Shown here in pieces: positions 27,805-39,800 of a stretch of 42,202 nucleotides of DNA. Numbering within the stretch: the first letter of the stretch is position 1; every line of letters starts with the position of its first letter. A program made the position numbers and the translations under genes. The notes under the pieces are model-generated. The model searched no databases, was not told the DNA's origin, and saw only the letters and a program-made list of their open reading frames with translations. Source of the DNA: a virus (taxonomy: Duplodnaviria > Caudoviricetes); the IMG/VR virus record IMGVR_UViG_3300037044_000216, positions 1 through 42,202 of that record. One strand, 5' to 3'.

Positions 27805-30800
27805 CCCGCAACTGCTCAAAATCCAACCAGGCGACGACCGCGAAAATCTTGACGGAATATCCGGAAAGACGATGCTCTCTTTTGACCTTGAGACACCAGA
27901 AACCGCCCCCGACGAATGGAAGGCGGCGGCGGCCCGGCGGATATCCGAGACGGTCGGCGTGCCGGATCCGGACGGCCGTGTCTGGAAGCGGGACGGCAAA
28001 TCATTTACTACTGGCACCGAGTACCTGGACTTTATGCGTGGGATGCTCAAGAGTGGCAACATTTGGGAGTATGCTGCCACGCCGGAGCTGAAAACCTTTG
28101 AGGCGGCCGACCAGGCCGGGAAGACATCCATTGCCCGGAAGGCCAAGGGCTTTTTGGAAACCTCAGCGGATTCTATCGCCAAGGCTGTTACACCTCAAGG
28201 TTACGGAGTGGCGGACAACGACAAGAGACTCGCAGGCGCGCCGCAAGAGGTTATTGACGCCAACCGCCGGATGCGCGAAGAGAAGGAAGCGGAAGAGCGG
28301 TTCGCGCGCGCCAGTCTGGCCTCTACAATCACCCTGGACAAATCCATCAAGCAAAACGCGCAGCCCTACACGCCACGCTCAGAGGCGGAGCGCAAGGCAG
28401 ACAAGGACGCGATCGACGCCTGGAGAGCGCAGCAGGAAGACGCCTCTATGATCGCGTCGCACAGGGAAAAATTGATGAAGGAGAACGCCTGGGCCGTGTG
28501 GCTTGCTGTTGCTCCGTCCTTGTCCGAGAAGGGCTACAAGGTGGCTTCAGGCGTGTTCCAGGAGCGGAAGCTCTCTGGGGCTGACATCGCGGATTTCCAA
28601 CGACTGGACGAAAAGGAGCAGGCCATTATCGCCAAGCTTGCGCGCACCGTGAGAAACCCAATAGAGGGCGGGCTCTGGAATACTCTTGGAGACGCCGGAA
28701 TCGGCTTTGTAAACCAGCTTCTCTCCCTCCCGGTCAACGCGGCAAAGCAGATCGGAACCCTTGGGGAAAGCGTGGACCGGATCATCTTTGGAAAAACCTC
28801 CCCGCTTCTCATGGACACAGAAGAGGCAAACCGCAGGGCGCGCACCGAGCAGCGGCTTATGGAGGCCCTCGACGATCCTGCCGGGATCAATCCGTCCGGG
28901 GCGGAACACGGCTACCTTGCAAGGTCGCTGATCGGCGCGGTCTCCACGCTCCCCTATATGGGCTACGCCTCCCTGGGCCCGGCGGGCGTGACAGCCGTTG
29001 GCCTTGATTTCATGCAGCAGCTTGATGACCGCATAGCCGCAGAGGGCGGCGACGTATACGGGAAGGACCCGAAATGGCTCGCACAGAAAGCCCTCTATGG
29101 CGCGCTATACGCAGGAATCGAAAAGTTGTCAGCCATACCAATCTTTAAAGAAACATCGGACATCGCGCTCAAGGTCATGTTTTTAAAACTGGCCACGCGC
29201 CACGGTGCAGCCGCAGCCGAGAAGATTGCCGCCTATATCGGCAAGGAAACCTTTATTGAATCGCTTGAGGAATCCGCGCAAAAGATCATCGAGGAGCACG
29301 CCCTTTCAGTCGGGCTCGACAAGGGGCCCGGGTGGCGCGAAGCGGTCCGGAGCGGGATCGGCGAGTTTGGCGAGTCGCTGGGGACCATGGGGATCATTGC
29401 GACTGTCGGGGCTGGGCGGCAGGGTTTCGCGGCCCGCAGACCGTCGCAAAAAAACAGCCTCTTTGACACCGCGCTTTCATCCCTCCGGCGCGAATCCTTT
29501 TTGCTCACCGAAAATCCGTACAGCGGAAAAGCCGCAGGCGAGGCGAGCGACATCGGAACCATCGAGATCGCGGCGACGATTGACGGCTACCGGACAGCCT
29601 GGGCGGACGGCGGATCCGCAGAGCTGAGCAAGCGGTATAAGCTGACCGAGGACCAGGCTGCGATCCTGGACAACGTATTCAGCAGCGAGAACGAACTCGA
29701 CGAGGTGGCCAGGTTCATTGACGGCCGCAACATCTTTATGCGCACGGCCAGCCACGGGGCGGCACACGAAGACGCGACCGCCGAGAGCATCCGCAAGATC
29801 GTCGCCGAGGCGGGCGAGGAGGCCCCAGCGAAGCTTGTCGAGATGGGATTCACCGAGGAGGGGGCCCGGCGTGTGGCCGACTTTTTCAACGCGGCACCGG
29901 AGATCCGGAAGCAGACCGAGGACATCGTCAGCCACCTCCAGAAAACCAAGGGCGAGCAATGGAAAGCCCAGGAGGGCGACCGCGTCGGCGAAGCCCAGGA
30001 CATCGCAGCCGACCTCCAGCCCTTGCGCGCGCTCTATCAGCGCAGCGGAACCAGGGACAACGCCGCCAAGGCGTTTAAAGAGATCGGTCTCGCCGAGGAC
30101 CAGGCCGTCGCCCTGGCCAGCGCCTTCGATGAAGAGCGCAAGCTTGCCACCTCCCCAGGGGCGGCCGCAGCTTTCCGGGCCTTCTACCTGGACACCTCCG
30201 AAGAGGAGACGGCGGCGCAACGCCTGAAACGGATGACAGGTTTCGACGCGGATCCGGCACCCGAACACGGAAAGGGTGCAGCCCGGCTGAGCGTCAAGGA
30301 CGGATCCGGAGCGATCAAAGGGAGCGTGCTCTTTATTCCGGACAAGCGCGAGCAGTTCGACCCGGAGAGCGATCACGCGGGCGAGGCCATCGAGGAGGCC
30401 ACAAAAGGAATGGTTACAGCAGCGGAGTGGAAGGCGCTCACGCCTGAGCAGCGCAAAGAGTCTGCCGCGCGCCTGGGCGTCAAGGTCTCGGGCGGATTCA
30501 CTATCACCAGCGAGACGGATCCCAGCGTCCAGGCGGACGGCGTGCAAGCCAAGCTCCTCACCGGACAGATGACGCTCGCACCGGACGCGCCGTCAGCTAC
30601 GCTCTACCACGAAGCCACCCACGCCTGGCTGGCCGTCATGCGCCACGCCGGGAAACTGACAGAGGCCGACGTCAAGAAGCTGCAGAACCGCTACGGCGTC
30701 GCCGAGAACGATCCGAACTGGTTCAACGAGGAGAAACTGGCCGACGACATCCGGGAGATCGGGGCTGCGCGGGATTTCACACCAGATCAATCCCTGGCTG

Positions 30801-33800
30801 CGCGCTTCATCAAGGCCGTGTGGAAGGTGGCCGGAGCCGCCCGGGCGCAACAGGAGCAGGCTAGGGCCTCTTCTGACGCGATCCAGGCCCTTTATGAGAA
30901 CATCGTCTATGGGAAAGCCTTCGACGGCGTCAGCGACCTGACGGCGCGTCAGGCCCCGCCCAAGGCCAAGGAGAGCCCGAGCCCCGTCGCCGGGGCAGCC
31001 ACAGCCAAACAGGAGAAGTCTGGCACCGCGCAGCCGGATCCCCAACCGGAAGCCAAGCCCGAGCAGCAGCAGGCCGCGCCGAAGAAAGCACAGAAGAAAG
31101 CGGATCCGACAAGCTGGACCGCTGCGACCCCCCAGGGTAACTTGCGCGTCGGCGGGTACTGGATCATCGCGCCGCGAGGCCGCTTTATCAGCGACACGGA
31201 TCCGCGTTACGACTCCACGCTCCAGGGCCGCGCCCGGGACGTGACCCTCTCCAGCGCCGAGCAGGTCAACTCCATCGCAGCCGAAGGCACGTTTGACGGC
31301 CTTCGCCTCCTGGACGCGCCAGACACCGCCAACGGCGCGCCCGTCGCCGTCCCGGTCACGCTGAAAAATCCGGAGACAGGGAAGGACGAGACCTATTTTA
31401 TGGTCATATCCGGAAACGGAAGATTCCGGGCCCTGGACAAAATCGACGACGACAACCGGGGCGACGAATACCGGAACCCGATCCGAATGTTTGCGGATGA
31501 AAAAGGCATCCCCTACAAGCAGGAAGAGATGACGCCGGAGGCCCGGCCGCGCCTGGTCCGGATCCTCACGCGGAAACCCGTTGGCGCGACCCTCCAGCAG
31601 ATCGCGGGACTCTCCAATCAAAACGCCGTGCTGCAGATGACCGACGCGGAGCAGGCCTCCTCCGACGCTGAAATGATCGAGCGCGACGGGACCGCCGGAC
31701 TGTTCAGCGCGAACAAGGACGGACTCCCCTCGAAGACCGGGAGCGACGCCTTTTTCGCGTGGTTTGCGCGTGCTGCAGGCGACGCCTCCCTGATCGACTC
31801 CAAGGGCAACCCGACAGCAGTGGCCCGCGATCGCGCGCGCCGGGCCATGCTGGCCGTCGCCATCGGCAAAGGAAAGAACGGGCGGGAGACCGTCATGGTG
31901 TTCACCGAGGCCGCAGACGCCCTGGGGCTCGAAAGGCAGCGCGACGCGCTCCTCATGTCGGCAGGTTTCCTGTCGGCGCTCGAAGCGAGCAAGCCAGGCT
32001 ACGGGCTTTCAGATGACCTGTCCCGCGCTACCGCCGCCATGCTCACGATCGCCAGGGACCGGAAGTCAGGCAAGACCAGCAATGCCGAGACGTTTATCAG
32101 TCAGGGGGATCTCATTAACCCGATCCCGAGCGAGGTCGCTCAGCTGATCCGGATCCTGGACTCCAGCCGCCCGGCCGAGGGCGTCGCCGAAGTGTTCAGG
32201 CGATACGCGGATCTCGCCTCACGCATCGACACGGAGACCCCGGACATGTTTGGCGAGCCGCCGACACCCAAGCACGAACTACTCAAAAAGGCGACGACCG
32301 ACACCGAGGTCGAAACCGGGACGCGCTACAGCCTGGCAGTCTCAAAGGCGCCGGATGCAGCCTATATGAAGGCTGCGAAGCGCCGGGATCTTGACACCGC
32401 TCAAAAGATGGTCATACAGGTCATAGCCGAAAACAACATCCCGGCGATCCGCCAGATCGGCGACCGCCTCTTCTTCAATGGCGACGACGTCGGCATGCTG
32501 GAGACGCAGCGCGGACCAGGCGGAGAGGTCGAGATCTCACGGCTTTACATCGACGCCGACCGCCAGGGCGAAGGGATCGGATCCGCAGTGATCCCTTACC
32601 TGTTTGCCCAGGGCGCGAAGCGGATCACAGCCTACCCGCTGGAAAGCTCATGGTGGCTCAGGCAGAGCCCTGACGCCGTCCTGGACGACGGCACGATGGT
32701 CTATACAACACCTAAGAATCCCCGAGGGATCCTGTCTGCGGATCCGATCACCTATGACGCCCAGGGCAACATGGTCCCGATCTCTAAGCGGTTCAACGCC
32801 TACAGCAGTGGATCCATGCGCTATTCGATCGCGCTGGCCGCCCGGCGCTACGCCCTGGCCACGGACATGCCAAAGGAGGGCGAGCAGCTGATCGTCAAGC
32901 AGCTTGAGTTTCTCTTTGCCCAGCGGATGGATCCGGAGTATAAACTCAAGACCGATCGCGCAGCAGCGAAGCGGAAAGCCACCCTCAAAGAAAAGGAGCG
33001 CGCGCGGATCGCGGAGATCGGTGCTATAAGTGGGGACGCGCTTGAGGCCCACCAATATCCCGAGTTATGGCGGAAAGCCTTCAGGGCCGCAGGCAACACA
33101 GTTTCGCGCGTGATCCATGAATTTTTCATGCAGGAGGGCCCGCAGGTCTTCCCGCTGACATACCAGGGCAAGCCGATAGAGGGCATGAAGATAGAGAAGC
33201 CCGTAGACGTCGCCGCCCTCTTGATGCCCTTGCGCAACCCCTATCAGGAGTCTACCAAGGCTATTTTTCTCGACGACCGGAACCGGATTATTAACGCTCA
33301 GGTCGTGACTGTCGGTCTCCTGGATTCGACCTCTTATCACCCACGCGAATTTTTCAAGAAGGGAATCAAGGCCGGGGCCAAAGGGATTATCATTGCCCAT
33401 AACCACCCATCCGGCGACCCGACCCCGTCAGATCAAGACAGGAACGTCACGCGCCGCAACATCGAAGCCGGGAAGGTTTTAGGCATTGATCACATTGACC
33501 ACATCATCACGAACGGAAACAAGTTCCATTCAATCCGGGAGGGGATGACACACACCATATCAGCGGATAAAGCTGAATGGGAGGCCACCCGCGCAGGAGC
33601 TACCGCGCACATCGGCAGGCCGGAGGAGCTTGCTCGTTTCGCCCATGTGCTGAAGCAGAGCGGCGACATGAACTATATCCACGCCATCATGCTCGACTCC
33701 AAGGCGCACGTCCAGGCGGTCCACCGGATCCCCTACACGGACACAACCTTCCACGGCGACATTGTGAGGAGTGTTTATAAGGCCGCAGCCGGAGAGCCCA

Positions 33801-36800
33801 CGGCGATGATCCTCCTTGATCTCACCGCTGACAACATGACGCCAAAGGCCGCAAAGGACATTCACAGCCGGATGCTCTTCCCCGGCCAAAACATGGGCAT
33901 GCCTGTTGAGGATTCTGTATACATTGAAAATGGTATGCTGGTTTCCGCTAAACTGGGCGCAGCGTTTGCGCCTCAATTCGCCACCAGCGCGCCGCAGATG
34001 GAAGTATCCGAAAGCGAAATACGCTACAGCATCGAGGCGGCCGAAGCAGAAGAAGCCAAGAAGGTAGCAGATCAGCTTTTCGACGTGTCCCTGGCACGGG
34101 ATCCAGGCGCGGTCCGTCTTGTCCCGGTCGAGGCCTTGCAGTCAGACAAGGGGAACCCCGAGAAGAGTATCACCAACGCGGAAGGGTTTATGCGCGCAGC
34201 TATGGCCGGAACCATGGCCAGGCGCGAACCGATAAACGTCGCCCTTTATGGCGATGGAACCATGTATGTGATCGACGGCAACGCCACGACCTCAGCAGCG
34301 AAGCGCATGGGGATAAAGGCTGTTTGGGTGCAGGCCAAGCCAGCCCTCCGGGGCGGCAGCACGGCAAACTCAGCCCTGTTTATCGACAACCGGAACGCCT
34401 ATTACAAGCAGTCATTTGCGTCGTTGGATGATCTCTATGCAGCAGCGGGCGAAGTCATGGGCGGGTTTTATGATACAGTTAAAGCGATCGCGCAAAAAGC
34501 CGGGATCGGATTTAAAACCCGGACCGGACTGAAAAAGAGGGAGCGCGTCGAGAAGAAAACAAGCGAAGAGTACAACGGCGATTTTAATCAAGTCGTGGAC
34601 GTCGCTGGGGCAACGCTTATTCTTGAAGAGGGGCAAAGGTTTGATGACGCCATCAAGGCTGTTAAAAAATCAGGGCTCGAAATTGTCCGGCTCAAAAACG
34701 GTTATACCGCAGAAAGCATGGGCGGCTACCGGGACATCAAATTAAACATAAAACTTTCCAATGGAGTTGTCGGCGAGATCATCGTTATTGAGGCCGAGAT
34801 CCTGAGGCTGAAGGATGAACACGGACACCACATATATAAAATGATCCGGGACGCCGGAAACCGGAAGCTAAAAACAGGGGATGAAAAATTAAAAACCGCG
34901 CTCGCTTCCCTGATTGATATCATGGAGCGCGTGAGCGCGGTTTACTACGGGATGTCAGATGAAACTTATGAAGCCTTGGAGGCGGCTCTCTCAGCTTCAA
35001 GCCTTTCGAGATACGCCCAGGCCTTAGACTCGTCGTCAACGAATTTGTTATCTGTGAAGTTCCCAGCGAAAAACAATTTGCCGGGTGTCTTAACACGCTT
35101 CCCATCTACAATCTTCAATTTCAAGCAGGGCGCACCATCATCCAGGCTCTCTAGGGCTTCTGAAACGACCTCAGTATCGTCATTAATTAAGAACATTGAG
35201 CTACTCCTTTCTTTAAACAACAATCTCAGCTTAGCACCAACGGGCCCGAATGACAACCGAAAAAAAAGAGGAACGAGCGAGCCTCGCCACGGCGCTAAAG
35301 TTGAGCGTTACGCCGAAGCATATAGGATGCTGTTAGAGAGCGATGCAGACTACAACCTTGTCCCGTCCAGTTTCGGTTTAACACAAGAAGAGGCTGTTGC
35401 TATCGAGATACAAGTCGAGACCGAGGACGCTCACCTCGATGATGACGAGCCGGATCATGAGGGTTATGACGTCGAAGGCGGCGGGCACGACATGGTTGAG
35501 ACGCCGTCGATCCAGGAGCTACTAACCAGCGGCTATCAAAAACTACTCAATTTTGAAGCCGGGAAGGTTGATATCCCGGGCACTACGCGCGAGGACATCA
35601 TCCTCGAAATGGAATACAATATCCGGGAGTTTGGCACAGAGAACCCGGCCGACACACTGGGCGACATTACAGAGGCCCAGGTCATCGAGATCGCAAAGGA
35701 CGCATGGGAATACCGCCAGGCGTTGAACAAGCGCCGGGCCTCCAAGGCCTTAACAAATCCGCGCTACAGTGTCAGCGCCGAGCAGGATGCCGCCTACCTG
35801 GCAGCCGTCCAGCGCGGAGACACCGACACGGCAGCGAAGATGGTGGAGGCAGCAGCAGAGGCAGCCGGATACCAGTTTAAAAAATACCATCAGACCAGCG
35901 GACTCGCGCGCCAGGCTATCTATCGCGAAGGATTCAGACTGGACAAGGGCCGCGCGCGGCTCAGCGACGAACAGGTCCCGGACGCCTTTTTCTTCAAGCA
36001 GGATCCAGCCGACATCAAGATCGGATCCGTTGACGACGCGGTCCAGATCCCGGTATATCTCAAATGGTGGAAGCCAAAGCTTTTCTCAAACCGGGCCGAG
36101 GTCGAGAAGTGGGCCAACGAAGATCCGCGCTATGTCGAGATAAAGGCCCGCATCAAAAAATGGGACAATGAGAACGACGAGGAATTCGACAGGCGCTGGA
36201 AACAGCTTGTTGAATTTGACAGGAGCCCGGACGCGAAAGCAGCCAAGGACGCCTTGCGCGCGGATCTTGCGCTCGATGAACACATCAAGGCATGGGAAGC
36301 CGGGACGCGGGCCATGGCAGCGGAGGCGCGCGCCAACATCACACAAAGGCTGCTCGATGAAGGCTATGACGCTATCTCTATTTTCCGGGACGAAGGATCC
36401 TTCAAGCGGGTTGTCTGGACCACTTGCGTCTTTACGCCCGAGCAGATTAAATCCGCCGACCCCGTGACATACGACGACGCGGGCCAGGTGATCCCGCTCA
36501 GTAAGCGGTTTGATCCGCTAAGCACAAACATCCGGTATCGCCTGGAGACAGAGCAGGCAACCAACGGCCTCGCATGGATGCGCGACTATTACGATGAATC
36601 ACACGGGGACCAGCAAGCCGGATCCGCACGGGACAAGCGCGAGCAACTGGCTGCCGAATTTGCGGCCGTCGAGGCGGCCCACACCAACCCCAACGGGACA
36701 CGCAAAGCCACATGGATGACGGCACCGAACGGAGCCCCCTCCGAGCTAAACGCGCGCAACTGGGTTTTAGTACGGACCCCGGCTTTCAAAAAATGGTTTG

Positions 36801-39800
36801 GAGATTGGGAAAAATTCGCCAACGGCAAAGACGGTAATGGCGTTTTTGCGGATGACAAAGGAGAGGTCTCGAAGGCAGTGGACAAGAACGGGGAACCCCT
36901 TGTCGTTTACCACGGGACGGAACGGTTTGGCTTCACCATCATGGATCCGGAAAAAGCGGACACCCATCGCAGCCCGATGATCTTTGCATCGAGCGAGCTC
37001 GGGACAGCCCGGTCCTACACTGGAGGGGCTACGATCCGGGACGTCCAGGACCTTGACAAGGCGGCTCTCGACGAGGTCGCCCGGGAGTTCTACGGAGACG
37101 AGGAAAGCTTTGACACGCTGCCAGCGGACAAGCGAAACGTCGTGGAAAAATACTATCGGGCTGAATTTGTCGAACCACAGAGCGGCGTATATCCATTATT
37201 CTTGAACATCCGGAACCCGCAGGAAACCGACTTTGAGGGCGCGAATTGGGACGGCGACCGCGAAGGGTGGTTTGAGATCTTCGACGAAGACGGGGAGAAA
37301 TACTACGACCGGGAAACAGGTAAAGGTTTCTTCAGTGACGACGACGCAGAAGAGATCACCGCCGAGCTCTCGATCCAGACCGGGAAGTCTTATGAATGGC
37401 AGGAAGCCACCACGCACCACGAGACAACCAACACCGTTTCAGAGGATGCCCTGAGGTTTGGACACGACGGCGTCATTATCCGCAACGTGGTCGATGACGG
37501 CGGACGCGGCGGCAGCGCGGATATCTCAGACGTCTTTGTCATCTTCAAGTCGAACCAGGCCAAGAGCGCCACGCAGAACATCGGGGCTTTCGATCCTGCG
37601 GACAATGATATCCGTTACAGTGTGCAAACGCGAAAGCTTGAGCCCATGGCCCTGCCCGACAGCATGGCAGAGGTGTACTCAGGCACGAACATCGCATCGC
37701 TCGCACAGACGAAATTCAAAGAGGAGCGCGCACGGCACAAGGCTTTTGTTAAGGCTCAAGAGTGGGACAAGGCTGAGGCGTATGCAAGAGGGCTCGCAGA
37801 AAAGGAGAGCACCGCACTCCTGGGGCACTACCTCCTTGCCAAATACCATGGCGACATGGAGTCAGCGCGGATCGTCGTGGAGAAGTGGGCCAAGCCAGAG
37901 GAGGCCTACAAGATTAAGCTGCTAGTCAACAGGGCCGAGATATTCCGGCCTGTGCTCGCAGCCCCGCTGGGGATCCGCGAGGGCAACAGGTTTAACGCGC
38001 TTCCCATCGAATATGCTGCATGGCTCGCCAAACAGATCGGCGGGGATGTTTCCAATCCCCTCCTCATGTCGGGAGGCACACCGAACACCGGGGCGACGAA
38101 CGCAGCCAGATCCGCCAACCCGCACACTTTTTACGGGGGCGAAGAGATCGACAATGTGTCGCCCGTCATCCTGGTGGATGACGTATGGACCAGAGGCGGA
38201 ACACTCTGGACAGCCTACGAACATATCAAAGAAGTCAACTCGCAGGTAAACGTCATCGCCTTCGCCACGATGGCGGTCAGCCGCTACGGCAAAAACATAC
38301 GGCCAACCCAAAATCAGTTGACCAGTTTTTGGAAAAAGTCTAAACTCACAACCATATCTTTTAAGAAGAGGATCGGCAATGACATTGAAAAACTCACAGG
38401 ATCGGAAATCCACGCATACCTCATTACAGGGAGAGCAGGCCCGGACGGAGCCCAGGAGTTCTTTGACGACGGACAGGGAGGAACTGGAAGCGATGACCAA
38501 GACAGCCGCCAGTCACTATGGGGTGAGGGTCCGGAACAAATCCGTTATGCCCTCGACGTAAGCGGTCAAGCCTATTCCAAAGAGGACCTCCTCACAGGGT
38601 TTATGGCACACGCTGCCATGACCGGAGCCACCTTCCCGAACAAGAAAACAGTTGCCCGCATCGCTGAAAATATCGGCGTCGAAACCTTCGACTACAAGAA
38701 GCTTTCAGATAAAGCCCGCGAGCTGGCTAAGACCACCGAAGACAAGGCCATCAAGAAAGCGGCCGTATCCGGAAGCCGGGACAAAACAGCCTACGCCATC
38801 GGCGAGCTTGCTCGCAAATCCGCGCGGGCCTACGTGAGATCCGGCGCGCGCGAAGGCGAACGCCTGGCCAAGAGCGCAGACCGGATCCGGGGCCTGACAG
38901 AGGAGAATGTCCGGAAGACCATCCAGCTGATGACCGCAGCCGACTACGCCGACCTTAAAACAGACACAGGCATCGACATTGCCGCGTCGATCCTGGCAGC
39001 GGATCCGCAGAAGTTCCAGCCCCAGGATCCCGAAGAGCCCACGGCCGCCGGATCCGGAGAGGCCGACGCCAAGGGAACTTGGGAGGATCCCTCCAATCCG
39101 GAGACCGACGAGAACGCGCCCGACCTCAGCGACAAGCAGCGCGCCGAGATCCGCCGCAAGCGCAAAGAACGCGAGGAGCGGGTCCAGGCGTTTCTCGAGG
39201 CGGCGACCAAGCGCGGGGCCCGCAACAGCCGGAAAGAAGAAGAGCAGAAAAAGCGAGCAGCCGACAAGCAACTCGCTCAGGCCGCCAACGGCAACGAAGG
39301 CGCAGGGGGTGACGGAGCGTCAGGGGGCAAGGCCCCGAAACGTCAGCAACAGGAGGAGGACACCCCAGGGGATCCGATCAACTTTGCGGACCGCTGGGCC
39401 GCCGCCGCCTTATTGCGCGTGTGGGCGTTCGACCGCTTCACAAAAGAGAACCCGAACCGGAGGCAGGATCCGGCAAACGACCGCGTCGCTATCGAGTTTT
39501 ACAGGAAGACGGCTGAGCGGCAGCTTTCCGATCTTGCGCGGAAGCTGCTCGAACCTGGCTACAAGCGGGAGGTTGTGCTATCCTGGATCAGCAACTTGTC
39601 GCCCGGGCTTTCAGCCAACCAGGTTGAACGCCGGACAGCCTACATTTTTGGACTGTTAAACCGCTACGCGGTACGCGAAGAGCGTAAATCCCTGGTTAAA
39701 AAATTCAGAGCCGAAATCAAGCGGCAGTTCATTAAAGGCGAAAGGTTTGAGGAGCTTGACGTTGATCTCGGGCGCGCGCTCACCGGAGCCATCGAGGAGG

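Noticed and set aside
29477-31621. 356-aa and 342-aa minus-strand ORFs inside the giant gene
   Set aside because: Typical high-GC shadow ORFs; the plus frame there holds conserved motifs and I saw no promoter/RBS, unlike 34966-35196.
37922-38500. 192-aa antisense ORF over the PRTase domain as a second nested immunity gene
   Set aside because: Overlaps the catalytic motif itself, no clear RBS, shadow-like composition.
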